Shown: positions 34,047-43,719, numbered from the stretch's first letter. The stretch is DNA of 45,688 nt from a virus (IMGVR_UViG_3300022909_001346:1-45688), one strand, 5' to 3'. Translations and numbers: made by a program. Notes: generated by a model from the letters alone, not told the origin.

Positions 34047-35148
34047 GAATTTTTCCTTCGTTTTGATATATTTGTTCCATTACCGTTTGCTTGTCTGTTG
34101 ACACCCCACAGTTCTGCCAGCAGACAACACAGGATTTAGACTCCCAGCTATCATGCACCCATTTATAAGGGTCGTCTGCGAGTATTTCTTTAAGAGATCT
34201 GTCATGCAGAGACAATCGCTTGTCCTTGAATATGTCAATCATCTGTGCTTTCGGGAACAATTGATTGAATCTTGGGTGCATACTCAGATGTCCGAAATGC
34301 ACACAAGGGTACACTGTGCCGTCAGCGGCTATGCGTATCTCAACACCATTACGATGTGAGAAGCATTTGATGTCTCCTGGTGTGTCTGCATACCGTGTTT
34401 CTACCTTTTCTTTGATTGTAATGTATTGAACATCTTCTGCCTTATAATTAGGAGGGGTTGCAGGGTATGTATTTTGTATGTAGCTCTCATCAATCGGTTC
34501 TAATTCATACAGCACATTGTAGTCGGCATCCTTGACTTTCATGTTGCCTTTCTCAAATCCCTTAGGATATTTCACAGTCACATCTAGGAAGCCCATCTCC
34601 CACGCTAGATACCTTACGTCCGCTACCTGATGCTCGTTGTGCTTGAATATCAAAAAGTCCCAGTATGCATTGCCGCCGTTGTCGATAAACGCTCCAGCAT
34701 TTGCCATTACCTTATCCCACTTGACATTTCTGCGGTAAAGATGATTTGTATCCTCTAGCCCGTCGATGGAGAATATCATCTTGCGCTGCTCTCGGTGTGA
34801 GAATAGTTTTCCTAGTTCGCCCCACCAATTGGAATTGCGCATACCCCCGTTGGTATTAAGATGCACTGAGGCTTCAGGGTTGTGTGTCAGCACATAATCT
34901 AGTATCAGCAGCAGATCTGGGTTTGTTCCAGCATCACCATAATCACCAGAGCAGGTCCAGTTGTCAATGCGGGCACAAAAGTCAGCAGGAAACCAATCCT
35001 TGAATTGATCAAAGGTTATGTATGTAGGTTTAAGTTGTTTGTTGACAACGCTGGACATGTCCTCATATCGAGGACACCAAGCACATATAGAATTGCAGAG
35101 GCTGGACAGTTCTATATTCACAAAGTTTACATCATCATAATTCCACAT
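34033..35148 (-). CDS. Radical SAM enzyme with a C-terminal SPASM/twitch-like domain
   Basis: IELSSLCNSICAWCPR, TNGG, FSIDGL; C-terminal IKC...GTVYPC...CVVCWQNC. Confidence 0.88.
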   Translation of the reverse strand: MWNYDDVNFVNIELSSLCNSICAWCPRYEDMSSVVNKQLKPTYITFDQFKDWFPADFCARIDNWTCSGDYGDAGTNPDLLLILDYVLTHNPEASVHLNTNGGMRNSNWWGELGKLFSHREQRKMIFSIDGLEDTNHLYRRNVKWDKVMANAGAFIDNGGNAYWDFLIFKHNEHQVADVRYLAWEMGFLDVTVKYPKGFEKGNMKVKDADYNVLYELEPIDESYIQNTYPATPPNYKAEDVQYITIKEKVETRYADTPGDIKCFSHRNGVEIRIAADGTVYPCVHFGHLSMHPRFNQLFPKAQMIDIFKDKRLSLHDRSLKEILADDPYKWVHDSWESKSCVVCWQNCGVSTDKQTVMEQIYQNEGKIHGTV

Positions 35149-35151
35149 AAT

Positions 35152-36096
35152 TTAGCTTTTCCTGTCAACCAACCAATCTAAGTTTTTTAGCTTCTTTCTT
35201 TCAGCCGGGTTGAGAGATACCCCGTTTGCTACCTTAGTCAATAGCGCCTTGTCTTCATCCATGATTTCGTCTCGCATTGAGGATGCTTCTGGCTCAGGCT
35301 CTACCATCATTTCAGCTTCTGTTGCATCGTCACTAAGCGATAAAAACTCTATACGACCGCCTGTGTGCGCCATGTACTGCATATTAGCAGCAACCACTAG
35401 TAGAATAGCAAGAGGATCAAACACTAGTACTATCGCAATGATGACTGCCCTGACTGCCGCCTCTAGATTCTCCCTGCCATTGTCATATATCAGGTCTGCT
35501 ATGTATTTGATAGGTCCTACTTCTACTTCAAACGCTCGTACTTCAGACTGTAACTCCGAGCGAGTGTCATAGAGTAAATCATTTGCATCTTCAGCCGCAT
35601 CGATTATAGCTCGCATTGCCGTGCGCTCTTCTTTCTGTTCGTTTCTCGCGTCCAATCCTCTTGTCACATAGCCTAGCTCAGTGTATCGATCTAGTGTCGC
35701 GTCGAAGTTGTCTAGGGTAGTCTGTGCGCGTTGTATCTCTTTATCGTTTGATGCTATGCGAGTATCAATCCGTTCTATCTTCGCAGTCGCATCACCGCTT
35801 TCAATGCCTTGATCAATGTGAGCCTTAGATAGAAAGCCGAAAATGCCCATAGATGTGATAATGGACAGTACAATAACTGCTGGCACAAAGTATAGTTTGA
35901 TCAGTAGGTTTGCAGTCTCCCAGTTTCGGTACAGCCATGATGCTGTTACTAGTTTAGCAACCTCTAACACTACACCCATTGCTGCAATAGAATACGCCGC
36001 AGCAGGGAAAATAGCCATCAGACCTACGATAGAAAAGTACCCAGCTACAGCGGAAACTCCGAGGGCGGATATTGCAAGCAAGATTATAAATGGCAT
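35152..36096 (-). CDS. Multi-pass membrane protein with a coiled coil
   Basis: Three N-terminal transmembrane segments, GIFGFLSKAH, a coiled coil, then VGPIKYIA...VFDPLA transmembrane segment. Confidence 0.8.
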   Translation of the reverse strand: MPFIILLAISALGVSAVAGYFSIVGLMAIFPAAAYSIAAMGVVLEVAKLVTASWLYRNWETANLLIKLYFVPAVIVLSIITSMGIFGFLSKAHIDQGIESGDATAKIERIDTRIASNDKEIQRAQTTLDNFDATLDRYTELGYVTRGLDARNEQKEERTAMRAIIDAAEDANDLLYDTRSELQSEVRAFEVEVGPIKYIADLIYDNGRENLEAAVRAVIIAIVLVFDPLAILLVVAANMQYMAHTGGRIEFLSLSDDATEAEMMVEPEPEASSMRDEIMDEDKALLTKVANGVSLNPAERKKLKNLDWLVDRKS

Positions 36097-36419
36097 TTCG
36101 GGCTCCAGTCTATAGGAACAAAGTTAGCGAGTGGCTCTTTGTTTAGTCTGATATTCAACATTGAATTCAAACATTTAGGATCGTGTCGTTGCTGCCATTG
36201 TAACAAAAACTCCTGCATCTTAGCCCAGGACTTCATTTCAAATTCAGCAATAGTTTCTTTCACTAATTCACCTTCATACTGTAGCACATATTTGGATGAG
36301 CCATAGTATTTCTCATAAAGTTTCTGCGTCTTGCCACTATAACCTATATAGTAATCACCGTTGGGAAAGTATGTACAATAGACGCGGTGTACTTGCTTCT
36401 CTTTCTTCTTCTTTGCCAT
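36084..36419 (-). CDS. Stand-alone GIY-YIG (Seg-like) domain protein
   Basis: RVYCTYFPNGDYYIGYS...YYGSSK...QE...CLN; 111 aa. Confidence 0.65.
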   Translation of the reverse strand: MAKKKKEKQVHRVYCTYFPNGDYYIGYSGKTQKLYEKYYGSSKYVLQYEGELVKETIAEFEMKSWAKMQEFLLQWQQRHDPKCLNSMLNIRLNKEPLANFVPIDWSPKCHL

Positions 36420-36451
36420 AACAATCTCATAGTGTAATGCACTATTTATTG

Positions 36452-37429
36452 CTATAGATTATGTACAATTTTCCCTGATTGTATCTCAGATGCTAGATCA
36501 TTTTTAAACTGTGTCACAAGTTCCTGATACTCAGCGTGATCTGGGTGCAGTAAGTTGTCAACCTTCTGACGCTTGTATAGTGCAGGATCTTGCGACCAAT
36601 GCTCTACATTAAAAAAGTTGTACTTAACATTGTGATTGGTCAGTGTGCGTTCCACTAGGTCATAACATTCTCGTATCTCTCTGAAATTCAAATCATGCAC
36701 ACAGTACCATATTGTAAGATTGCCGACGGACTTTTCATTCATGAATTCTAGGTTGCGCATGAGCAAGTCGAAGTTGCCTCCCTTGCGCACTACCTTGTAT
36801 GTGTCATAACGTGCAGCATCCATAGATATGTTTAGGTCTAGGATAAAATCTTCTGCTAAATGTTTGATCTCTTCCCACTTCTGCATCAGCAACAGCCCAT
36901 TGGTATGCATTCGTATCTGCATCAGTTGTGGGTAAGTTTCTCTGCTAATGTTCTTTAGCATCTCAAATGATTTTTTGCTGTAAAGAGGGTCGCCCGAAGC
37001 TGTAGTTGCTAGAAACTTTATCTTGTCAGAAAACTCCTGAACCTCGTCGTAGGAGTCTCTCTGCTGTTTGCTCTCTAATATGAAATCGTTTCTACATGTA
37101 GGGCATGCTAGATTGCAAACATCATCCTCGCACATTTCTACTGCGCTAGGATATTCTTCAATTTGCAGTGCTTCTTTAGGATAGAAGACTCGAGGAGAAC
37201 CACCCTCCCTGTATGTTTTCAGGTAAGGGCAGTTGTCGCCACAGTAACTATATGAGCCGTCGAGTACGCTCTCCCTGATTGCATTGATCTCAGGGCTATT
37301 GAAACGCTCAACTATTGTGTCGCCTGACAGCTTAGGGTGTGTCCCCCATGTAGGATTGCATATCACTTGCTCTCCTGTTTGTAGAAACACTGCCCACTTG
37401 AAAGGCATTGCACAATATTTTTCGCTCAT
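36452..37429 (-). CDS. Radical SAM enzyme with an N-terminal Cys cluster
   Basis: CNLACPTC, SGDPL, HTNGLL; N-terminal YCAMPF...ICNP...YCGDNCP. Confidence 0.85.
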   Translation of the reverse strand: MSEKYCAMPFKWAVFLQTGEQVICNPTWGTHPKLSGDTIVERFNSPEINAIRESVLDGSYSYCGDNCPYLKTYREGGSPRVFYPKEALQIEEYPSAVEMCEDDVCNLACPTCRNDFILESKQQRDSYDEVQEFSDKIKFLATTASGDPLYSKKSFEMLKNISRETYPQLMQIRMHTNGLLLMQKWEEIKHLAEDFILDLNISMDAARYDTYKVVRKGGNFDLLMRNLEFMNEKSVGNLTIWYCVHDLNFREIRECYDLVERTLTNHNVKYNFFNVEHWSQDPALYKRQKVDNLLHPDHAEYQELVTQFKNDLASEIQSGKIVHNL

Positions 37430-37440
37430 ATTACCTCATA

Positions 37441-37641
37441 CTATGACTCATCTTCACCATAGCGACCACGCTCACGATTGCCGTCGCCGTTCAGTTCCGT
37501 GAGATCTTGTTGTTTAAATTTAAAATTCTGCTCATCTCGTATGTGGGAAGTCTTGTCTTTAACAAATATCTCGTCCCAGTTGTTTGCAAACGTTTCGTTA
37601 TTTACAAATGCCTTACGCCGGGTGCTACCTTTTCCATTCAT
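37441..37641 (-). CDS. Small hypothetical protein
   Basis: MNGKGSTRR...FANNWDEIF; AGGAG RBS and late promoter. Confidence 0.65.
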   Translation of the reverse strand: MNGKGSTRRKAFVNNETFANNWDEIFVKDKTSHIRDEQNFKFKQQDLTELNGDGNRERGRYGEDES

Positions 37642-37669
37642 TGAATCAATCTCCTACAGTTTAAACTTT

Positions 37670-37677
37670 TATTTATA
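37670..37677 (-). promoter_or_regulatory. T4-type late promoter TATAAATA
   Basis: Exact intergenic motif upstream of 37641. Confidence 0.75.
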
Positions 37678-37714
37678 GTCAATCACTGCTGAAAAAGAGT
37701 ATTTCAATATATTC

Positions 37715-37888
37715 TTAGGATTCAACAGTCTCGTCTGGGTCTAACCAATCCTCATCAATCGAGTCTTCTATGTCAAGTGATGCACCGCAAAACGGGCACC
37801 ACTCAACTGGATAGAATTTATCATCCATTGTATGCTCGATACAAAATGAGGACTCGCATGCCTCGCATTCTAATAATCTTGTCTTCAC
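37715..37888 (-). CDS. Zinc-ribbon protein
   Basis: CEAC...CPFCG; the GTG start overlaps the nrdB stop. Confidence 0.7.
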   Translation of the reverse strand: MKTRLLECEACESSFCIEHTMDDKFYPVEWCPFCGASLDIEDSIDEDWLDPDETVES

Positions 37889-38868
37889 GCCGCGTTCCAC
37901 ACATCTGACCAGTCACCTGACAATGCACCTCTAGCATAATCAGTTGCTCGGTTCTCAAAAAAGTTTGTATGCGTAGGCGCATTGATCATCTCTTCTACCC
38001 ATGGTAGAGGATTCTTCTTCACTTTGTAAATGCCCTTAAGTCCAAGACTTATCAATCTGCGGTCACAGATATACTTGATATATTTCTTAACATCTTCTGG
38101 AGTCAGGCCTTCCATTGGACCCAACGCAAAGGCGAGATCGATAAACTTCTCTTCAAGTTCAACCATCTGTTCTGCAATTGTGTAGATCTTACCTTTTAGA
38201 TCGTCGTTCCATAGATCTAAGTTCTCTTCTACATATGTTCGGAACAGTTTGATCATTGACTCAGCATGCATTGTCTCATCAACAATTGACCAAGTGATGA
38301 CCTGACCCATGCCTTTCATCTTACCATGACGCGGAAAGTTCAACAACATAATGAAAGAGGAGAATAATTGCATACCCTCAGTGAATGCAGAGAATGCTGC
38401 GATATTGGTTGCTACAGATTCTTTTGTGCCATTAGTGTTTGCTAAATTAGTGAAGTAATCATGCTTGTCTTTCATAGCATCATACTCTAGAAACTCGTTA
38501 TAGGTGCTCTCCGGCATCCCTAAGGTCTCAATCAAGTGTGCGTATGCTGCAACGTGCAGTGCTTCTCTGGCAGCGAATCCTGACAACATCATGCGTACTT
38601 CAGGCTGTGGGAAGTAAGGTAAATAGTTTGTGACATACCCACCTGCTACATCAACATCGCCTTGTACAAAAAATCTAAAGATGTTCGTTAGGAAGCCCTT
38701 CTCAGCTTCATTTAGTCGATTCTTCCAGTCCTTGACATCTTCAGCCATAGGGACTTCGGTGTGCAACCAGTGTGATTGCTCATGCTTTAGCCATGCGTCA
38801 TATGCCCATGGATAGTTAAAAGGTTTAAAGTAATCTCGGTTATCTTGTAGATTTAATTTCTTCGCCAT
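37885..38868 (-). CDS. nrdB: Ribonucleotide reductase class Ia beta subunit
   Basis: FFVQGDVDV, EALHVAAY, EGMQLFSSF, DETMH, NFFENRATDY; AAGGA RBS before the ATG at 38868. Confidence 0.95.
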   Translation of the reverse strand: MAKKLNLQDNRDYFKPFNYPWAYDAWLKHEQSHWLHTEVPMAEDVKDWKNRLNEAEKGFLTNIFRFFVQGDVDVAGGYVTNYLPYFPQPEVRMMLSGFAAREALHVAAYAHLIETLGMPESTYNEFLEYDAMKDKHDYFTNLANTNGTKESVATNIAAFSAFTEGMQLFSSFIMLLNFPRHGKMKGMGQVITWSIVDETMHAESMIKLFRTYVEENLDLWNDDLKGKIYTIAEQMVELEEKFIDLAFALGPMEGLTPEDVKKYIKYICDRRLISLGLKGIYKVKKNPLPWVEEMINAPTHTNFFENRATDYARGALSGDWSDVWNAA

Positions 38869-38906
38869 ATGTGTCCTTTCGATGTTAGTGTTCATAACGA
38901 GCAACG

Positions 38907-38914
38907 TATTTATA
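38907..38914 (-). promoter_or_regulatory. T4-type late promoter TATAAATA
   Basis: Exact motif between glutaredoxin and nrdB. Confidence 0.65.
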
Positions 38915-38918
38915 GTTT

Positions 38919-39104
38919 CTAGTTTTCTACTGCCCATTCGATCAGTTCGGTGTAACCACCGATAAACTCATCATCGATGTAGATTTGAGGCACTCTACCC
39001 TCAGGCTGTTCTTCCTCAGTATACTCAATGTCCATACCCTGTAGAAACATTTTAGCTTCAGTGCAAAATTTGCAATCGTCGCGTGATTTAATTAATACCT
39101 TCAT
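38919..39104 (-). CDS. nrdC: Glutaredoxin
   Basis: CKFC...VPQIYI...IGGY. Confidence 0.88.
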   Translation of the reverse strand: MKVLIKSRDDCKFCTEAKMFLQGMDIEYTEEEQPEGRVPQIYIDDEFIGGYTELIEWAVEN

Positions 39105-39702
39105 CTTTCCTCCCAATTTCGTTAAAAGCCCATGCACGTTCTTTGCACCAAGGGCAGTACCCGCATCTACCCTCATCTTTCTCAGTGCAAGAATGCGTGA
39201 TGTTCATTATATCATACGCAATGCCTAAATCAAAGGCTAATTGTACCGTTACATCCTTAGTGTAATCAAAGAAGGGCTGAATGCATAAATGCTCTGCTCC
39301 CCAGCTGCTAGGATGCTGCCGCTGATGCTCAGGTGCCATGCCATCATAATACTTATTCGTACCTACATATACTACATCAGCGTGATTGTCTTTGATGATC
39401 TCCCAAAGCCCACTTCTCACATACCTAGATACATCTTCAGCAGTGACGCTGCCTACAAGTGTAGTTTCACCTTCATAGCCAGATTGCTTTATGACTTCAT
39501 TAGCCCATCTTTGAGCACCATCTATCTTAGGGACAGTGTACGGTTTGCACTCCTGTCCTCTTTTCTTGCACTCGTTATACACGATGTGCCACAGCACCGC
39601 GCTATCCCAACCACCTGATACTGAAACGGCTATGCGTTTATCGTGGGGGATAGCATCTGCAATTACTTCAGCCTTCACACGCCACACAATTGTCTTCATC
39701 AA
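39088..39702 (-). CDS. QueC-like PP-loop ATPase
   Basis: VSVSGGWDS (PP-loop) and THSC...RCGYCPWCKER (QueC-type Zn site). Confidence 0.75.
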   Translation of the reverse strand: MMKTIVWRVKAEVIADAIPHDKRIAVSVSGGWDSAVLWHIVYNECKKRGQECKPYTVPKIDGAQRWANEVIKQSGYEGETTLVGSVTAEDVSRYVRSGLWEIIKDNHADVVYVGTNKYYDGMAPEHQRQHPSSWGAEHLCIQPFFDYTKDVTVQLAFDLGIAYDIMNITHSCTEKDEGRCGYCPWCKERAWAFNEIGRKDEGIN

Positions 39703-41467
39703 TCAAACTCTGCATATCAATTTCTTTGATTATTTGTCGCTCAACTCGCTTCGACACCTTGTCTGCCTTACCCAACTTCTCGGAACGACAGTAGTACAGC
39801 GTTTTCAGACCTTGCTTCCACGCTAGATAGTGTGCAGCATGTAGGTACTTGATGTTCACATCAGGGCGGAAGAATAGATTGAGTGATTGCGCTTGGTCAA
39901 TAAACTTCTGTCGATCAGCCGCGTGTTCAATCACCCAGCGTTGATCAATCTCCATAGCTGTCTTGTACACATCCTTTTCCCAATCAGTCAAAAAGGACAG
40001 TTGCTGTACAGAACCATCGTTTGCTATGATTGACGACCAAGTTTCATCATAATCGACTTTTTCACCTGCTGAAATTCGCTCTTTAATAAGACCATCCAAA
40101 TGCTTATTTTTGTTGAGGAAGGCACCCGATATGGTGTCTTGCCTGTAAGCGTTCGCCCTAAATGGCTCAATGGACGGCGAAGTGTTTCCCATAATAATAC
40201 TAGAACTAGCGTTGGGAGCGATAGCCATAACATGACTAAATCTTCGCCCTGTGCCCTTCGCATCAGGAGCCTCACCTCTAGCATTCCCAAGTTGTAAATT
40301 CGCTTCATCTAACTTTCCTCTTATCAGTTTGAACATTCTCATGTTTGCACCCTTGGCTACAGCACTTTCCCAAGGAAGATTTTTCTTTTGCAGGTAGGCA
40401 TGAAAGCCTAGTGCGCCGATACCAATGCTACGTTCTTGTGTAGCAGAGAATATTGCACGGGCTACAGTATCAGGAGCTTCATCGATGAAGTACTGTAGCA
40501 CATTATCTAGCATTTCTGCCATGTCTTTTAGAAACTGTGGGTCTTTTGACCATGCATCGTAGTGTTCTAAGTTGACAGATGAAAGGCAACACACTGCGGT
40601 TCGTTGCTCGTTTGTAGGTAGAATGATCTCAGAGCATAGATTGCTTTGATGAATCTTCAGTCCCAAATCTTTCTGAAACTGAGGCATCGTTCGATTGCTT
40701 GTATCGATGAAATGTAGATACGGTTCGCCTGTTTCCATTCTCAATTCTAGTATCTTCTGCCACAAGTACTTGGCTGATACAGTCTCACGAATAGCTCCGG
40801 AGTGTGGGTCACATAAGTTCCAGCCATCATCTGCTTCTGGGTCAACCATACATCGTTCAATGATTTCCATGAATCTGTCAGTGATGTTGATACCGTGATG
40901 TAAGTTTAGGCAACGCAGATTTTGATCACCAGTGGGCTTACGCATATCGAGGAACAAGAGTATATCTGGATGGCTGATATCGAGGTAAGCGGCATAACTT
41001 CCGCGTCTAGTTTTGCCTTGTCGATAAGCCAGGGTACTTGCATCGTATGTTTTGAGGTGAGGTAAGACACCAGTTGACTTGTCGCCTGCGCTGCGAATAC
41101 CAAAGCCAATACCAACACCGCCACCAAGCATACTGAGCCACGATGTTTCTGAATAGTTTTGAACAAGTCCTTCAGCAGTGTCTTCGATGAAATTAAGGAA
41201 GCAAGATATAGGCATGCCTCTTTTGTTTTTACCAAACGAGAGAATTGGGGTTGAATAAGAAAGCCAGTGTTTCGACGCATAATCGTATAATCTTTGTGAG
41301 TGTTCAGGTGATGATCCAAATTGTTTGCTGACATAGGCAAACCTATGTTGAGGGCTAGTCTCATCGTCACGCATGTAACTTTCTTGTAGACGTTGAGCGC
41401 CTAGCTTATCAAATAGTTCATCGCGTGATAAATCTATTTGTAGCCCCATATATTCTTGTTTTGCCAT
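39668..41467 (-). CDS. nrdA: Ribonucleotide reductase class Ia alpha subunit
   Basis: PISCFL, QGKTRRGS, SNLCSEI, VCCLSS, AIAPNASSS, KTLYY, C-terminal CVACEG; no ATP cone evident. Confidence 0.95.
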   Translation of the reverse strand: MAKQEYMGLQIDLSRDELFDKLGAQRLQESYMRDDETSPQHRFAYVSKQFGSSPEHSQRLYDYASKHWLSYSTPILSFGKNKRGMPISCFLNFIEDTAEGLVQNYSETSWLSMLGGGVGIGFGIRSAGDKSTGVLPHLKTYDASTLAYRQGKTRRGSYAAYLDISHPDILLFLDMRKPTGDQNLRCLNLHHGINITDRFMEIIERCMVDPEADDGWNLCDPHSGAIRETVSAKYLWQKILELRMETGEPYLHFIDTSNRTMPQFQKDLGLKIHQSNLCSEIILPTNEQRTAVCCLSSVNLEHYDAWSKDPQFLKDMAEMLDNVLQYFIDEAPDTVARAIFSATQERSIGIGALGFHAYLQKKNLPWESAVAKGANMRMFKLIRGKLDEANLQLGNARGEAPDAKGTGRRFSHVMAIAPNASSSIIMGNTSPSIEPFRANAYRQDTISGAFLNKNKHLDGLIKERISAGEKVDYDETWSSIIANDGSVQQLSFLTDWEKDVYKTAMEIDQRWVIEHAADRQKFIDQAQSLNLFFRPDVNIKYLHAAHYLAWKQGLKTLYYCRSEKLGKADKVSKRVERQIIKEIDMQSLIDEDNCVACEG

Positions 41468-41477
41468 ATGTTTCTCT

Positions 41478-42167
41478 TTATTTTTGAATGATGATATCAT
41501 TTAGTGCTGAAATGACTGAGGGAAAATGTGCCCCCATGATGGACCAGCAAGCGGATGCAATTTCTGCGTGTTCTTTCTGCGTACCGTTTCCCATGCGTAA
41601 CTCACAGTAGTGAATCCATGATCGCAAACTACCTGCCATATACAGAACGGTTTCTGTGTTGCCTTCTGGTAGAACGGCTCTTGCTTGTTCTTTTGCGATA
41701 CCCTTATCTAGGGCCCATTCGTAAGTCTCTTGCGCTCTTCTAATAAGATCTTTCTGCTTCATGTTCCAATCTTCAGCGATCCTATCACCTTCTTTGTACA
41801 AAGGATGCTGATCCAACTCAATAGAGTTTTGTCTATTCTTTGGATCTTGCATTCTGCATTCTCGCTCTACAAAATTAGTAGCTTTAGCATAACGTTGACT
41901 AAATTCTTGGAAGCTAAAACTACGATGGCGCAGTATTTGCTTTGCGATGTCCCGTGTTGTTGTAATCTCAATTGTCATGTGAACCATTTCAAAAGGAGAC
42001 CAGTGATTTTCGTTGATTAAATATTTCAGTAATTTCGGTGCTGTTTCTTTGTTCGATTGGTTAGCTGGGTTGCTCACTCTAGCCGCATATGCTACCAGCT
42101 CTTCGGCGGTGTTGCAGTCTGTTGTTGCATTTGGCTTGCTCAATGCGATCAGGTTGACCTTGCTCAT
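41478..42167 (-). CDS. thyX: FAD-dependent thymidylate synthase
   Basis: HWSPFE and QILRHRSFSFQEFSQRY signature; ARAVLP. Confidence 0.95.
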   Translation of the reverse strand: MSKVNLIALSKPNATTDCNTAEELVAYAARVSNPANQSNKETAPKLLKYLINENHWSPFEMVHMTIEITTTRDIAKQILRHRSFSFQEFSQRYAKATNFVERECRMQDPKNRQNSIELDQHPLYKEGDRIAEDWNMKQKDLIRRAQETYEWALDKGIAKEQARAVLPEGNTETVLYMAGSLRSWIHYCELRMGNGTQKEHAEIASACWSIMGAHFPSVISALNDIIIQK

Positions 42168-42169
42168 AA

Positions 42170-43192
42170 TTAACATTTCTTCCAGTTAGTAAATTTTAGT
42201 TCTGCTGTGAGATTTTTATATGTATTATCATTTATAATTTTCTGAATTTCTAGGGGCTTCATGCCGTCTAGAACCATCTCATTTATGTCTTTACCTGCGA
42301 TTGAGTCAGGCCAGATACATATAGAAAACCCGTCTTTGATATACTTATACATCAGTTTACATAGCTCTAAATTCTTAGGCTGATTATCAAACACAATAGT
42401 AGTGAGCGATAAAGGCAAGTTCAATCGTTCAATCTGATTGAAAGCAACACCTGCGCATGCAATAGCGTTGTCTAAGAATAGACTATCAAGAGGACCCTCA
42501 ACTACAGTGATAGGCTGTGTCTTATCAACCGTATCGAGTCCAAATACTGTAGGAGCAGACTCATCTACTTTTACCATGATGTATCGTAACGCTTCACCTC
42601 TCATCGCTCGTAAGGTGACGCCTGTGAGTCTCCCATGCTCATTGCAGAAGGGTATCACAAGTCTAGGTTCGCTAGTTGTTATTGATGCCCTGTACTTGTT
42701 ATTCAGTTGCACAATGTCTCGCACATCAGAAATGTAGTACAGTCGCTTTGTAGCTTCATCAGGAAGCATCCGAGAGTCACAGTATTCTACTGCCTCATGA
42801 TCATAAGGTAGTGAGTATACTGAGTCAAAAAGATTCTGCCATAGAGGCTTAAAGGGAGGGGGATTGTCAAACACTGTCTTCACTCTAGCTTCAGTGCCAA
42901 ACTTCTTCGCGCTGCCACCTGTAGCATAACGTTCTAGGACATATTCTTTGTACAACAGTCCGTCTAGCTGCTTGAGCATAGACCCAAAGTGTGCGCTGTG
43001 TTGACAGTTGTGGCACTTATACATCAGGTCTTCTCCTTTGCGAAAGAAGTAACCTCGCATCTTGCGTTTGTTTTTTTGTGAGTCACCACAGATAGGGCAA
43101 CGAACATTCCAGAGAAAGTTATCTTTCTTCTTGAATAGCTCGAAACGATGGGTGATTTGCGTCAGAAATTTGATATCAATATATAAGCTCAT
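42170..43192 (-). CDS. 61: T4-like DNA primase (gp61)
   Basis: RCPICGDS...YKCHNC zinc finger, RLVIPF, VEGPLDSLF (Toprim), KDINEM. Confidence 0.93.
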   Translation of the reverse strand: MSLYIDIKFLTQITHRFELFKKKDNFLWNVRCPICGDSQKNKRKMRGYFFRKGEDLMYKCHNCQHSAHFGSMLKQLDGLLYKEYVLERYATGGSAKKFGTEARVKTVFDNPPPFKPLWQNLFDSVYSLPYDHEAVEYCDSRMLPDEATKRLYYISDVRDIVQLNNKYRASITTSEPRLVIPFCNEHGRLTGVTLRAMRGEALRYIMVKVDESAPTVFGLDTVDKTQPITVVEGPLDSLFLDNAIACAGVAFNQIERLNLPLSLTTIVFDNQPKNLELCKLMYKYIKDGFSICIWPDSIAGKDINEMVLDGMKPLEIQKIINDNTYKNLTAELKFTNWKKC

Positions 43193-43199
43193 AACAAGT

Positions 43200-43228
43200 A
43201 TTATACTGCATACTGACTAAGATGTCAA
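43200..43228 (-). promoter_or_regulatory. Sigma70 promoter TTGACA-N17-TATAAT
   Basis: Perfect consensus, 7 nt before the primase ATG. Confidence 0.8.
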
Positions 43229-43719
43229 GAAATCATTTCCAATATGGTCGAAGCGTTTGCAATGAGAAAACCTACTACCATAGCACCGCCCATAACTAGC
43301 CATTGTCGCTGTTCTAGTTGTACTACTCTATCTTCTAGCTTGTTAACGTCTTCCACACTCTCGCGGATACTGTTTCTTATCATACTTTTGAGTTGATCAA
43401 TAGCTTCCATTACTCTGCGGGTGTCCTCTTTCATCTCTGATTGCAACTCTCTACCCTGCGTAGTAATTCTTGAATGTATTTCCTTATTAGAATTTTCAAC
43501 ATCTTTTCGTCTTGATTCAAACAACGAAAATATTTCGTTTTGTTTAGTGCTATGTGTGTTCAATTTTGCTTCGTGTACAGCAAGCATTTGATTCACTGCA
43601 TTTGAAATGTCAGTTATTTTCTCAATAGCGGTGTCCATGCGGTCAAACAGTTGCCCCATTTGTTTCACATCGTTTTCGACAATTGCTAATCGAGTTTCGT
43701 ATTCGCTATTAGTTGACAT
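43225..43719 (-). CDS. Coiled-coil protein with a C-terminal transmembrane helix
   Basis: Heptad-rich; ends WLVMGGAMVVGFLIA. Confidence 0.75.
   Translation of the reverse strand: MSTNSEYETRLAIVENDVKQMGQLFDRMDTAIEKITDISNAVNQMLAVHEAKLNTHSTKQNEIFSLFESRRKDVENSNKEIHSRITTQGRELQSEMKEDTRRVMEAIDQLKSMIRNSIRESVEDVNKLEDRVVQLEQRQWLVMGGAMVVGFLIANASTILEMIS

Noticed and set aside
29962-36419. NUMOD3-only and GIY-YIG-only genes as a split homing endonuclease
   Set aside because: They are about 5.6 kb apart on opposite strands and nothing in the sequence links them.
40024-41370. Alternative-frame ORFs inside nrdA (and similar short shadow ORFs elsewhere)
   Set aside because: Fully nested in well-supported genes, with no recognisable motifs.
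37885-41467. Introns or inteins in nrdA/nrdB
   Set aside because: Both ORFs are contiguous and of compact length, with no splicing motifs.
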